From Gemmatimonadota bacterium (GTDB lineage: Bacteria; Gemmatimonadota; Gemmatimonadetes; Palauibacterales; Palauibacteraceae), in the NCBI GenBank assembly GCA_039590285.1, contig JBDHFS010000002.1, forward strand, positions 1-40,419: a stretch of DNA of 40,419 nt. Reading direction: 5' to 3'. How positions within the stretch are numbered: the first letter of the stretch is position 1; each line of letters begins with the position of its first letter. The notes beneath the pieces are model-generated. The model did no database searches. It had not been told where the DNA came from and saw nothing but the letters and a program-made list of their open reading frames with translations. Shown here in pieces: positions 6,311-15,646 of this stretch. The position numbers and the translations under genes were made by a program.

Positions 6311-9151
6311 CTAGCGTCCGGGGTCCACCGTGCCCACTTCATCTGCGAGCGAATCCAGGCCCTTTTCGACATACCAGCCCAGGTGAGCGTGCAGGACAGG
6401 GCGGCCTCTTTCACGCAGCGTCCTGACGTCTCCGAGGGCCTGGGCCCGCTGCAGCGTTCCCAGACTCGACTCGCTCTTCGGAACCTCGACGTCCTCCACG
6501 GGATCCGCGGTCAGAACCAGATAGCGGCCGCCAGTCGGACCACCCTTGTGAAACTGGCCCGTGGAATGAAGATAGCGCGGTCCATACCCGAACGTCGTGG
6601 CCAGTCCGGTGCGAGCCCTGAGCCGCTCTCGCAGGCGGCGCACGGCGGCGGCACGCTCCGGCGTGGGCTCGAAGAAGCCCAGGATAGCCACATAACCTCC
6701 GGGGTCCGGGTCGGCGAGCCATCTCGTGAGGATTTCCCGCAAAGAGCTTCCGGGAGCGATCGGGACGTAACCGTCGGCGAACAGGTCGATGCCTTCCTGC
6801 GCGGCGTGCGGCACGGGATCGGGAAGATCTCCACCGCCCGCCCGCTGGTCGAGCAGTTCGGCCGTGGCGAGCTTGGCTGCCGACACATCGGGCTCGTCGA
6901 ACGGGTTGACACCCAGAATCAATCCGGCCGTGGCCGTGGCGAGTTCCCAGCGCAGGAACTCACCACCCAGGGCCTCCGCCTCCGGAAGTCGGAATCGGAT
7001 CACCGGGTGTCCCGACTCTTCGAGGACATTGAGTGAGGCGAGCACAGGCCCATCGTCGTCGCCCGCCAGCGAGTAGTGCACGAACACGCGGTCAGCTCCG
7101 CACTCGCCGGGCGAGGGAAGTGGCTCGTCCGTGACAGGAAGAATCCCGGTGCCCAGCTTGCCCGTGCTCTCGGCTACCAGCTGCTCCACCCACAACGGAA
7201 ACGCGGTCGCCCCCCTGGAGGCGGTCAGGACCAGCTTGTCGCGTCCGCTCCTCGCGAGGATGCCGAGAGTCGCTCCCAGTCTCACCGCCGGATTGGAGGA
7301 CTCCGGTAGCGTTGCCGAGCACTCGTGCTCCAGCTGGCGGGCCCATTCGACGACGCGCGCGACGTCGGCTCCCATGAGCGCCATCGGCAGGAGTCCGAAC
7401 ACCGTCATGGCCGAATAACGGCCTCCGACGTCAGGCGGGGCCTCGAAGACGCGCCGAAAACCGAGGCGTTCTGCCTCCTCGATAAGAGGGGAGCCCGCAT
7501 CGGTCACCGCAACGAAATGCCTTCCTGGCGCCGGCACATCTTCCCGTTCCAGCCGACCGAAGAAGTACCGGTACAGGGTCAGAGTCTCGATGGTGCCGCC
7601 AGATTTGCTGGCGACCACGAACACGGTGTGAAGGGGATCGATGGCCCGGTCCACGCGAGAGACCGCTGCGGGGTCGACGTCGTCGAGGACCGTCAGTCGA
7701 GGGTAGCCCTCGCGCGCGCGCAACATCCGCTTCGCGACGAGAGGGCAAAGGCTGCTTCCCCCCATGCCCAGAAGCACGACGTCGGTCACGCCCCCGTCGC
7801 GCAGCTCCTCCGCGAACGCGATGAGGTCCGGAAGGATGCTCCGGGCGGCGTCGGCCCCCCGTGTCCAACCGAGTCGCCCGGCGATGGACTCGTGTAGCTC
7901 CTCGTCTCCTGGCCACAGTGTGGGGTCCCGGTCCGCGAGCCGAGCCGCGAACCGCTGCCCGTGTAGCGCTGCGAGCAGCGGGCCAAGTGCCGGAGGGGGT
8001 TCCGCCGGTCCCGACGCCTGCACCCGGAGTTCGGTCCGCATCTCGGCGCGCCGCCTGGCCAGGCCCGAGAGCAGGGCGTCGAACGGATCGAGGAACTTCT
8101 GCGCGCCCTCGGCCAGCAGCTGCTCATTGACCACCGACATGTGGATCCCGCTCGCCTCAAGGTCCGAGAACACCCGCTCGGCCTCTTCGACCCCGCGCTC
8201 GATCGCGTCGGGCGCGATGCAGCCGTCGGAAGCGAAAGCATCGATCGTGACCTCGGGCATCGTGTTGACGGTGTCCCGCCCGACGAGAGGCTCCACGTAG
8301 CGAACGGGATCGTACAACGGATTCTTGGTGCTCGTGCTGGCCCACAGCAGCCTCTGCGGCTTCGCACCGGTCTGGGCGAGCGCGCGCCAGTCATCCCCGG
8401 CGACGAGGTGCCCATAGCTCCGGTAGGCCATACGGGCGCTCGCCACCGCTGCGCGTCCATACAGGCTCTGGGGAGCGGGAAGGGAATCCAGCGCTCCGAC
8501 CCGTTGAGCGAGGAGACCATCCACCAGCACGTCGATCCTGCTCAGGAAGAAGCTGGCAACGGAGGCGACGGAGTCCAGGGCTCGTCCGTCTCGGGCCCGT
8601 CGTTCCAATGCCCTGATGTATGCCCGCGCCACGCTCTCGTACGCCTCGACGGCGAACAGCAGCGTGACATTCACGTTGATGCCTTCGTACAGAAGCTCCT
8701 CGATCGCGGGCACTCCGGCAGGCGTGCCGGGAATCTTGATCATCAGGTTCGGGCGGTCGACCACCTCCCACAGGTGGCGCGCTTCCTCCAACGAACCGGC
8801 CGTGTCGTGGATCAGATACGGCGAAACCTCGAGACTGACGTAGCCGTCCACACCCCCGGAGTCGTCGTACACGGTTCGCAGCACATCGCACGCCTCGCGG
8901 ATGTCGGTCACGACCAGAGATTCGTACATGGCCTCTACCGATTCGCCGCGGTCGGCCAGATCCTGGATCTGCTCGTCGTAGTCCGACCCAGACGAGATGG
9001 CCTTGTGGAAGATCGCCGGATTGGAGGTCACCCCGCGAAGGCCCTGCTCCTCGACGCGACGCTGCAGCTCGCCGCTCCGGATCATTCCTCGCGTGAGGTT
9101 ATCCAGCCAGTAGCTCTGTCCGTGCTGCAGAAGGTCCAGAAGGGTCTGCAT
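6311..9151 (-). CDS. Bifunctional transaldolase / glucose-6-phosphate isomerase fusion
   Basis: The N-terminal ~360 aa is transaldolase-like (QSYWLDNLTRGMI, GVTSNPAIFHKAI, MIKIPGT). The C-terminal ~580 aa is PGI-like (VVLLGMGGSSL, VVASKSGGTIETL, GGRYSAM, NPFDEPDV). This fusion architecture is already known. Confidence 0.93.
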   Translation of the reverse strand: MQTLLDLLQHGQSYWLDNLTRGMIRSGELQRRVEEQGLRGVTSNPAIFHKAISSGSDYDEQIQDLADRGESVEAMYESLVVTDIREACDVLRTVYDDSGGVDGYVSLEVSPYLIHDTAGSLEEARHLWEVVDRPNLMIKIPGTPAGVPAIEELLYEGINVNVTLLFAVEAYESVARAYIRALERRARDGRALDSVASVASFFLSRIDVLVDGLLAQRVGALDSLPAPQSLYGRAAVASARMAYRSYGHLVAGDDWRALAQTGAKPQRLLWASTSTKNPLYDPVRYVEPLVGRDTVNTMPEVTIDAFASDGCIAPDAIERGVEEAERVFSDLEASGIHMSVVNEQLLAEGAQKFLDPFDALLSGLARRRAEMRTELRVQASGPAEPPPALGPLLAALHGQRFAARLADRDPTLWPGDEELHESIAGRLGWTRGADAARSILPDLIAFAEELRDGGVTDVVLLGMGGSSLCPLVAKRMLRAREGYPRLTVLDDVDPAAVSRVDRAIDPLHTVFVVASKSGGTIETLTLYRYFFGRLEREDVPAPGRHFVAVTDAGSPLIEEAERLGFRRVFEAPPDVGGRYSAMTVFGLLPMALMGADVARVVEWARQLEHECSATLPESSNPAVRLGATLGILARSGRDKLVLTASRGATAFPLWVEQLVAESTGKLGTGILPVTDEPLPSPGECGADRVFVHYSLAGDDDGPVLASLNVLEESGHPVIRFRLPEAEALGGEFLRWELATATAGLILGVNPFDEPDVSAAKLATAELLDQRAGGGDLPDPVPHAAQEGIDLFADGYVPIAPGSSLREILTRWLADPDPGGYVAILGFFEPTPERAAAVRRLRERLRARTGLATTFGYGPRYLHSTGQFHKGGPTGGRYLVLTADPVEDVEVPKSESSLGTLQRAQALGDVRTLRERGRPVLHAHLGWYVEKGLDSLADEVGTVDPGR

Positions 9152-9152
9152 T

Positions 9153-9620
9153 TCAGTCGGCCTCGGATCCCGTCATGTAGTGGCGCTCCACATCCAGAAG
9201 CTTCTCGAGTCGACGCAGGTGCCTTCCCTCGTCCTTGAACCGGGACCTCATGAAGGCTTCCGTCACGGCGCGTGCCACCTCTATCCCGATGACCCTCTCA
9301 CCGAGACACAGAACGTTGATGTCATCGTGCTCGACAGCCTGCCGTGCGGAGTACGTCTCGTGACACACCCCGGCTCTCACGCCCGGGACCTTGTTGGCCA
9401 CTACGCTCACGCCGACGGCGCTGCCACACACCAGGACGCCACGCTCCGCCTCTCCCCGCGCCACAGCCTCGGCGACGGCACGGGCGTAATCCGGATAATC
9501 CACCGCTTGCGGCCCATCCGTGCCCAGGTCCAACACGTCGTGACCCGCGTCGCGAAGCCCGTCGGCGAGGACCTGTTTGTACCGGTATCCCGCATGATCA
9601 GATCCGATCGCGACTCGCAT
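9153..9620 (-). CDS. rpiB: Ribose-5-phosphate isomerase B
   Basis: [15 protein letters not shown]..., VLVCGSAVGVSVVANKVPGVRAG and NVLCLGERVIG match the RpiB/LacA family. The start overlaps the tkt stop by 1 nt. Confidence 0.93.
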   Translation of the reverse strand: MRVAIGSDHAGYRYKQVLADGLRDAGHDVLDLGTDGPQAVDYPDYARAVAEAVARGEAERGVLVCGSAVGVSVVANKVPGVRAGVCHETYSARQAVEHDDINVLCLGERVIGIEVARAVTEAFMRSRFKDEGRHLRRLEKLLDVERHYMTGSEAD

Positions 9621-11623
9621 CAGTCCTCCTCCATCAGGCCGAGAGCCCGCTCCACGATGTTGTCGACCGAAAAACCATACTGGCGGAAAAGCTCATCCGC
9701 CGGCGCGCTGGCGCCGAACGCGTCGACGCCCAACACGTCCCCCCTGTCACCGACCCATTCGCGCCAGCCGAAGGACGTCCCGGCCTCGATCGCCAGGCGG
9801 TGGGGGACTTCCGGAGGGAGAACTTCGTTTCGGTATGCCTCGTCCTGTTCCCGGAATATCTCCCAGCACGGCATGCTGACCACGCGGGCAGGGACGCCCC
9901 CGTCCTCGAGCGCGCTCCGTGCCTCCATCGCCAGCGACACCTCGGAGCCAGAAGCGATCAGTATGAGATCGGGATCGGCGTCGTCAGCGTCGGCGAGGAT
10001 GTAGGCTCCGCGGTGCAGTCCGATCGCTCTTCCGAGCTCGTCGACCTTGAGGACGGGCACGCTCTGCCGCGTCAGAACCAGCATCGTCGGGCCGTCTGTG
10101 CGAACCATAGCCTCTCGCCAGGCCTCCACCGTCTCGTTGGCGTCCGCCGGCCGGATCACCCGCAGCCCCGGCATGGCGCGCAGGGCGGCCAGGTGCTCGA
10201 CAGGCTGGTGAGTCGGTCCGTCCTCTCCCAGACCGATCGAGTCGTGCGTCATGACGTAGATGACTCCGAGCCGCATCAGCGCCGCCAGTCGGATGGCGGG
10301 CCGCGCGTAGTCCGTGAACACGAAGAACGTCGCCGCGTAGGGGCGTAGGCCTCCGTGCAGCGCCATGCCCGACGAGGCGGCACACATGGCGTGCTCCCGT
10401 ATCCCCCAGCGGATATTCCGTCCCTCCCGCGTGGCATGTCCGAAATCGGGAGTATCTGAGATCAGCGTATTGTTGGAGGGCGACAGGTCCGCACTTCCGC
10501 CGACCAGCCACGGTACTCTCGGCGCGATCGCGTTCAGCGTCGCACCCGAGGCCTTGCGAGTCGCCATCGGTCCGTCGGTTGGATCGAAGGAAGGAAGGTC
10601 GGTCTCCCAGCCGGTCGGCAGGTGACCATCCAGCGCTGCCTCGAACCGGGAGGCGGCTTCGGGGTGCGCTATCCGGTACTGCTCCAGTCGCTCCCGCCAG
10701 TCGGCTTCGCTCTCCGCACCGCGGTCCACGGCTTCCCGCATATGGTCCCGGACGCTGTCGGGGACAAGGAAACGGGCGTCCTCCGGCCACCCGTAGACCC
10801 GTTTAGTCAGCACGGCTTCTTCGACGCCGAGCGGCGAACCGTGCACGCCGGCCGTGTCCTGTTTGTTCGGGGATCCGTAGCCGATGTGCGAGCGGACGAT
10901 GATGAGAGATGGCCGATCCCGGTCATCCCGCGCGGCGTCCAACGCCGCCGAGATCGCCTGAATGTCGTTGGCTGCGTCGCCCACGTTCTGGACGTGCCAG
11001 TCGTACGCCTCGAACCGGGTCGCCGTGTCATCCGAATACGTGAGGTTCGTTGAGCCGTCGATCGTGATCCGGTTGTCGTCGTAGATGACGGTGAGCTTGC
11101 CGAGGCCCTGATGTCCGGCGATCGAAGCGGCTTCGTGCGAGGCTCCCTCCATTAGGTCGCCGTCGCTGCATACGACGTAAGTACCGTGGTCTACGATATC
11201 GTGACCCGGCCGATTGTGGACGGCGGCCAGGTGCGCCTCCGCCATGGCCATCCCGACGGCCGTCATGATGCCCTGGCCCAGCGGTCCGGTCGTCGTCTCC
11301 ACTCCCGGGGTCAGGCCGTGTTCCGGGTGCCCGGGCGTCCGGCTGTCCCATTGTCGAAAGCGGCGTATTTCGTCTAGAGGAAGATCGTAGCCGCTCAGGT
11401 GGAGCATCGCGTAAAGGAGCATGGATGCGTGACCGGCCGAGAGCACGAATCGGTCGCGGTCGAACCACTCCGGGTTGCGCGGGTTGTAGCGCATGCGCCG
11501 GCTGAGCACGTAGGCCACCGGAGCGAGCGCCATGGGGGCCCCGGGGTGACCCGAATTCGCCTCCTGGACGGCGTCGATCGCCAGGGTACGGATCGTCTGG
11601 ATGGACATCTCATCCAGGGGCAT
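9620..11623 (-). CDS. tkt: Transketolase
   Basis: [32 protein letters not shown], and the C-terminal Pyr and TKC domains. The track ORF extends to a GTG at 11782. An ATG at 11623 (MPLDEMSIQ...) gives a typical length of about 667 aa, so I prefer it, but the start is unresolved. Confidence 0.9.
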   Translation of the reverse strand: MPLDEMSIQTIRTLAIDAVQEANSGHPGAPMALAPVAYVLSRRMRYNPRNPEWFDRDRFVLSAGHASMLLYAMLHLSGYDLPLDEIRRFRQWDSRTPGHPEHGLTPGVETTTGPLGQGIMTAVGMAMAEAHLAAVHNRPGHDIVDHGTYVVCSDGDLMEGASHEAASIAGHQGLGKLTVIYDDNRITIDGSTNLTYSDDTATRFEAYDWHVQNVGDAANDIQAISAALDAARDDRDRPSLIIVRSHIGYGSPNKQDTAGVHGSPLGVEEAVLTKRVYGWPEDARFLVPDSVRDHMREAVDRGAESEADWRERLEQYRIAHPEAASRFEAALDGHLPTGWETDLPSFDPTDGPMATRKASGATLNAIAPRVPWLVGGSADLSPSNNTLISDTPDFGHATREGRNIRWGIREHAMCAASSGMALHGGLRPYAATFFVFTDYARPAIRLAALMRLGVIYVMTHDSIGLGEDGPTHQPVEHLAALRAMPGLRVIRPADANETVEAWREAMVRTDGPTMLVLTRQSVPVLKVDELGRAIGLHRGAYILADADDADPDLILIASGSEVSLAMEARSALEDGGVPARVVSMPCWEIFREQDEAYRNEVLPPEVPHRLAIEAGTSFGWREWVGDRGDVLGVDAFGASAPADELFRQYGFSVDNIVERALGLMEED

Positions 11624-11891
11624 GGTCTCCAGAGATGCCTCCTCCCGAGCCTCCTCGACCCGGCCTTCGGGCGTGGGGGTCTCCACCTCTCTCGTCTCTT
11701 TCGTGTGCGGTTCGATGCGGATCGCCCGGCCTCCCGGAGCGCTCGACGCCCCCACGATACCACGGGTGAGACGGTCGCGCACCTCCCGACGGATAACCCC
11801 GGGACTCCCGGCCGGGGCGGCTCTCCGGTAGCTTCCACGGGGCCCGATCGGACTGACCGGTGTCCGACCCTTCCTCGCGGAGCGAGCGCAC

Positions 11892-13790
11892 GTGAAGAAC
11901 GATGTGACCCTATTCTCCGCCCAAGATTTTGCGGCCTTCGACCAGGGCCGGCACTACAGGCTGTGGGAGAAGCTCGGGTGCCATGTTACCGAGGCGGACG
12001 GCCAGCGAGGTGCCGTTTTCGGTGTCTGGGCCCCGGGTTCACGGGCCGTGCACGTGGTCGGTGACTTCAACGAGTGGGACGGACGCGGGGCGCCGCTCAC
12101 AAAGCGTTCGTCAGGGGTGTGGGAAGGCTTCGTCGCCGGGGCGGCGCCGGGTCACCGATACAAGTTCCGAGTCAAGGCTTCCGACGGCTCGATCACCGAT
12201 CGCTCCGACCCATTTGCCCGCACGGCCGAGGTGCCGCCGGCCTCGGCGTCGGTCGTATGGGAGGACCACTACGAATGGCAGGACGTGGGGTGGATGAAGT
12301 CGAGAGGGGAGAGGAACAGGCTCGACGCTCCGATGTCGATCTACGAGGTACACCTGGGCTCCTGGATGCGACCACCGGGCGGAGGCTTCCACTCGTATCG
12401 GGAGTTTGCGCCCCTGCTGGCAGAGCACGTGGAGAAGACGCGCTTCACGCACGTCGAACTCCTCCCGGTGATGGAGCACCCGTTCTATGGATCCTGGGGG
12501 TATCAGGTCACGGGGTACTTCGCGCCCACGTCCCGGTACGGCTCGCCGGCCGACCTCAAATACCTCGTTGACTTCCTTCACCAGCGGGGGATCGGAGTCA
12601 TCCTGGACTGGGTTCCGAGCCACTTTCCGGGAGATGAGCATGGCCTGGCCCGCTTCGACGGAACGCACCTCTTCGAATACGAAGACGAGCGACTGGGATT
12701 CCACCCCGACTGGAACAGCTGGATCTTCGATTACAGTCGGAAAGAGGTCCGCAGCTTCCTGATCAGCAGCGCCCTGTTCTGGCTGATGGAGTACCACGCC
12801 GACGGTCTCCGGGTGGATGCCGTGGCGTCGATGTTGTATCGCGACTACTCACGGGACGAGGACGAGTGGATTCCCAACGTGTACGGGGGACGAGAAAACC
12901 TGGAGGCGGTCGAGCTGGTGCGGGACCTGAACCTCGAGGTCTACGTCTCGTGTCCCCACACGCAGACCATAGCGGAGGAATCGACCGCCTGGCCGGGTGT
13001 CTCGCGACGGGTGGAAGAGGGAGGGCTGGGTTTCGGTATGAAGTGGGACATGGGCTGGATGAACGACATTCTGCGCTATATGGCCCTCGACCCGGTCCGC
13101 CGCCGCAGGCATCATGACGATCTCACGTTCAGACATATGTACGCGTTCAGCGAGAACTTCGTTCTTCCGTTCTCCCATGACGAGGTGGTTCACGGGAAGG
13201 GCTCCCTGTGGCGCCGGATGGCCGGTAACGAAGAAGAGAAATTCGCGAATCTACGTGTCCTGTATGGCAGCCTTTACGGCCAACCGGGCAAGAAGCTCCT
13301 GTTCATGGGAGCCGAGATCGGCCAGCGGTCGGAGTGGGACCACGAGGCCCAGGTGGACTGGGAGCTGCTGAACGATCCCCGCCACGCCGGGATCCTCCGC
13401 TGGGTGTCGGACCTGAATCGCCTCTACAGGAACGAGCCCGCCCTGCACGAGCTGGATTGTGACAGCGCGGGGTTCGAGTGGGTGGCCCCGGACGACTCGG
13501 AGCAGAACGTCGTCAGCTTCCTGCGCCGATCACGCGACGGACGGGACGCGTTCCTGATCGTGTGCAACTTTTCGGCGACGCCGCGACGCGAATACCGAGT
13601 GGGGGTGCCGACGGGAGGAACGTGGAGAGAAAGGCTCAACAGCGATGCGACCTGTTACGGCGGCCAGGGCTGGGGCAACCTGGGCGAGGTGGAGGCCGAG
13701 AAGATGGCTTTCCACGGACGGGAGCAGTCTCTGAGCTTGACCCTGCCACCGCTGTCGGCGGTCTTCCTGCAGGCGGACGACGAGGCGTGA
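11892..13790 (+). CDS. glgB: 1,4-alpha-glucan branching enzyme
   Basis: [46 protein letters not shown] and [10 protein letters not shown] are GH13 branching-enzyme signatures. The start is GTG. Confidence 0.95.
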   Translation: MKNDVTLFSAQDFAAFDQGRHYRLWEKLGCHVTEADGQRGAVFGVWAPGSRAVHVVGDFNEWDGRGAPLTKRSSGVWEGFVAGAAPGHRYKFRVKASDGSITDRSDPFARTAEVPPASASVVWEDHYEWQDVGWMKSRGERNRLDAPMSIYEVHLGSWMRPPGGGFHSYREFAPLLAEHVEKTRFTHVELLPVMEHPFYGSWGYQVTGYFAPTSRYGSPADLKYLVDFLHQRGIGVILDWVPSHFPGDEHGLARFDGTHLFEYEDERLGFHPDWNSWIFDYSRKEVRSFLISSALFWLMEYHADGLRVDAVASMLYRDYSRDEDEWIPNVYGGRENLEAVELVRDLNLEVYVSCPHTQTIAEESTAWPGVSRRVEEGGLGFGMKWDMGWMNDILRYMALDPVRRRRHHDDLTFRHMYAFSENFVLPFSHDEVVHGKGSLWRRMAGNEEEKFANLRVLYGSLYGQPGKKLLFMGAEIGQRSEWDHEAQVDWELLNDPRHAGILRWVSDLNRLYRNEPALHELDCDSAGFEWVAPDDSEQNVVSFLRRSRDGRDAFLIVCNFSATPRREYRVGVPTGGTWRERLNSDATCYGGQGWGNLGEVEAEKMAFHGREQSLSLTLPPLSAVFLQADDEA

Positions 13791-13823
13791 TGCCCGCGCT
13801 CGGTATCGGCGTGAGGGGTTCGG

Positions 13824-14303
13824 TCAGCCCGTAGCCGATCCGGCGCCAGGCTCGGCCCGACGGAACAGCACCCGGTTGGTCGCGTCCATGACCGCGGCCG
13901 CGGCCGCGGCCACGTGGGTCGTGCGAACGGCGACCGCGCCGATGTACCTGCTTCCCTCGGCTTCGGCGTCTCTGAGGGCGACCAGGATCACATCGGCGTC
14001 GAAAGCGTGCATCCGTTTGATCCCCACGAAACGGAACGGCGGCGTGTCGGTGACCACGCGTATCGCCTCCAGTGTGGCGAGGGCGGCCAGCCGAATCTCG
14101 ATCGTGTCCGTCCCGATGCCCTCGGCCTGCGCAATATGAGAACGCTCCCCGAGGCCGACCTCGATACTCACGAGCACACGTGAGCCCGGCTGACGATCGG
14201 CTCGCGCCTCCACCAGACGAACGCGCTGGTCACCGGTCACCGCCGGCTTCTTCTGGCTGTTGGACGCGGGTGACGTCACCGATGCTCCTTGTGGCCCTGT
14301 CAC
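13824..14303 (-). CDS. Orphan hypothetical protein (159 aa), family not recognised
   Basis: The GTG start has GGAGG 9 nt upstream and the product looks protein-like. It shows two beta-beta-alpha-like half repeats (VLVSIEVGLGERSHIAQAEG...RLAALATLEAI and DVILVALRDAEAEGSRYIGAVAV...AAAAAVMDATNRVL). This weakly recalls small regulatory domains such as the LeuA C-terminal allosteric domain, based on pattern memory only. Confidence 0.55.
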   Translation of the reverse strand: MTGPQGASVTSPASNSQKKPAVTGDQRVRLVEARADRQPGSRVLVSIEVGLGERSHIAQAEGIGTDTIEIRLAALATLEAIRVVTDTPPFRFVGIKRMHAFDADVILVALRDAEAEGSRYIGAVAVRTTHVAAAAAAVMDATNRVLFRRAEPGAGSATG

Positions 14304-14311
14304 TTAGGTCT

Positions 14312-14347
14312 GCCTCCGCCGTGCCGCCTCCGGAACCTAACGGAGGC
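14312..14347 (-). promoter_or_regulatory. Leader element: one anti-SD heptamer plus two copies of an SD-containing heptamer upstream of the orphan gene (possible SD-sequestering switch)
   Basis: The minus-strand RNA reads GCCUCCG-UUAGGUUC-CGGAGGC-GGCACGG-CGGAGGC-AGACCUAA-GUG. The single GCCUCCG can pair with either CGGAGGC copy, and the distal copy holds the presumed SD. Confidence 0.3.
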
Positions 14348-14455
14348 ACCATACGCGGACGACGCGCACGGCGCCACACGAATGTCGGGGCCGGGGGCGT
14401 TCCAGCTTGCCGACACGGGCTGGCGAGCCGAGCCGAGCCCGATCACATTCTCCGC

Positions 14456-15289
14456 ATGGCCCATGCCAGAAAGTCGCGTCCACCGCTTCTCTACGCACCG
14501 GACATCGCGGGCCGGTCGGCTGACGAGGTCCTGAACCTGCCCGGCGAAGAGGGGAGTCACGTACGGGCGCTCCGCCTGGAGACCGGCGCCGTCGTCCGCC
14601 TGACCGATGGTCGCGGGTCCATGTGGTCGGCCAGGCTCCACAGGCCGGACGGCCGGACAATATCGTGCGCTCTCGAGGCGCCCATCACGGCACCCCCACG
14701 GCTTCCGGTCGAGGTCGCTTTCGCGGTAGCCAATCGCGCCCACACCCTGTGGCTTGTCGAGAAAGCCACCGAGTTTGGTGTTGCCGTGCTCAGTCCGATC
14801 GAATTCTCGCGGTCGCGCTCGGTGTCGGACGCGGGGCGGTCACCGGGATTCTGGTCGAAGGCGGAGCGCAGGGCCGTGTCGGCGATGAAACAGAGCGGCG
14901 GCGCCTGGCTGCCGGAGCTCCGCCCGCCGGTCTCCGTGCGCGATTACGTAACCCGGTTAGAGGAACATGGACCGGGCGGTGGCCACGACGGTCCACGGAT
15001 CAGGGTTCTGCTCGATACGGACGGGAAGCCTCTACGGGCGGTACTGGCCTCGTGGGACGGAGCGGCCATGGCCGTCCTGATGGTCGGTCCCGAGGGCGGG
15101 CTGCTCGAGGAGGAGCGAATCATGGTTCTCGGATCCGGGTTCGAGGCGGGCAGGTTGAGTCGACTGGTGCTGCGATTCGAGACCGCCGCGACCTCGGCCG
15201 TCGCCGTCGCGGCACAACAGATGGAGTCCATATGGCCGGCCGTGCCGGCCTCTTCCGCGGCGCCCGCGGGCGCAGGAGATCAGCGATGA
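14456..15289 (+). CDS. rsmE: 16S rRNA (uracil1498-N3)-methyltransferase
   Basis: RsmE-family pattern: PUA-like N-terminus (GEEGSHVRALRLETGAVVRLTDGRG), LVEKATEFGV and VGPEGGLLEEE. I use the ATG at 14456, and the 14072 track start is an upstream extension. Confidence 0.88.
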   Translation: MAHARKSRPPLLYAPDIAGRSADEVLNLPGEEGSHVRALRLETGAVVRLTDGRGSMWSARLHRPDGRTISCALEAPITAPPRLPVEVAFAVANRAHTLWLVEKATEFGVAVLSPIEFSRSRSVSDAGRSPGFWSKAERRAVSAMKQSGGAWLPELRPPVSVRDYVTRLEEHGPGGGHDGPRIRVLLDTDGKPLRAVLASWDGAAMAVLMVGPEGGLLEEERIMVLGSGFEAGRLSRLVLRFETAATSAVAVAAQQMESIWPAVPASSAAPAGAGDQR

Positions 15290-15633
15290 GCGAGGATTGT
15301 CTGTTTTGCAGGATCGCCGGTGGCGAGATCCCGGCGGATATCGTTGCCGAGGGAGACGGCTGGCTGGCGTTTCGAGACATCCAGCCGCAGGCTCCATTCC
15401 ACGTGCTCGTGATCCCGCGAGCTCACGTCTCCAGCGTAGCCGAGCTGTCGGCAGCCGATGCCGAGCTGGCGGCCGAGCTTCTGCTGGCTGCGGCGGAGGT
15501 CGCGCGTGGGGAAGGCGTCGCCGAGACGGGCTATCGGATTGTGACGAACGTCGGCGAGCGTGCCGGACAGAGTGTCTTTCATCTCCATTTTCACGTGCTG
15601 GGCGGAAGGCACATGCGGTGGCCACCCGGATGA
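15286..15633 (+). CDS. HIT-family (histidine triad) nucleotide hydrolase
   Basis: CLFCRIAGGEIPA and the histidine triad HLHFHVLGG. ATGA overlap with the rsmE stop. Confidence 0.9.
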   Translation: MSEDCLFCRIAGGEIPADIVAEGDGWLAFRDIQPQAPFHVLVIPRAHVSSVAELSAADAELAAELLLAAAEVARGEGVAETGYRIVTNVGERAGQSVFHLHFHVLGGRHMRWPPG

Positions 15634-15646
15634 CGCAGGCTGGGGG

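Noticed and set aside
6291-6312. Short hairpin (AGCGGT-N10-ACCGCT) between the convergent small membrane gene and tal/pgi; similar weak hairpins at 20701-20722 and 31737-31766
   Set aside because: The stems are only 6 bp (or interrupted), there is no U-tract, and some overlap stop or start codons. They are too weak to call terminators from sequence alone.
14072-14455. Upstream extension of the rsmE ORF (405-aa track ORF), and analogous extensions at 15560-15646 (mutS2), 22802-22996 (coaD), 28364-28762 (arcA), 31590-31802 (NTF2-like), 33379-33423 (bioY) and 35759-35875 (acyl-CoA dehydrogenase)
   Set aside because: The extended parts are Arg/Pro-rich and overlap the preceding gene or regulatory DNA. 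In each case an internal ATG/GTG gives a family-typical N-terminus, often with an ATGA-type overlap or an SD.
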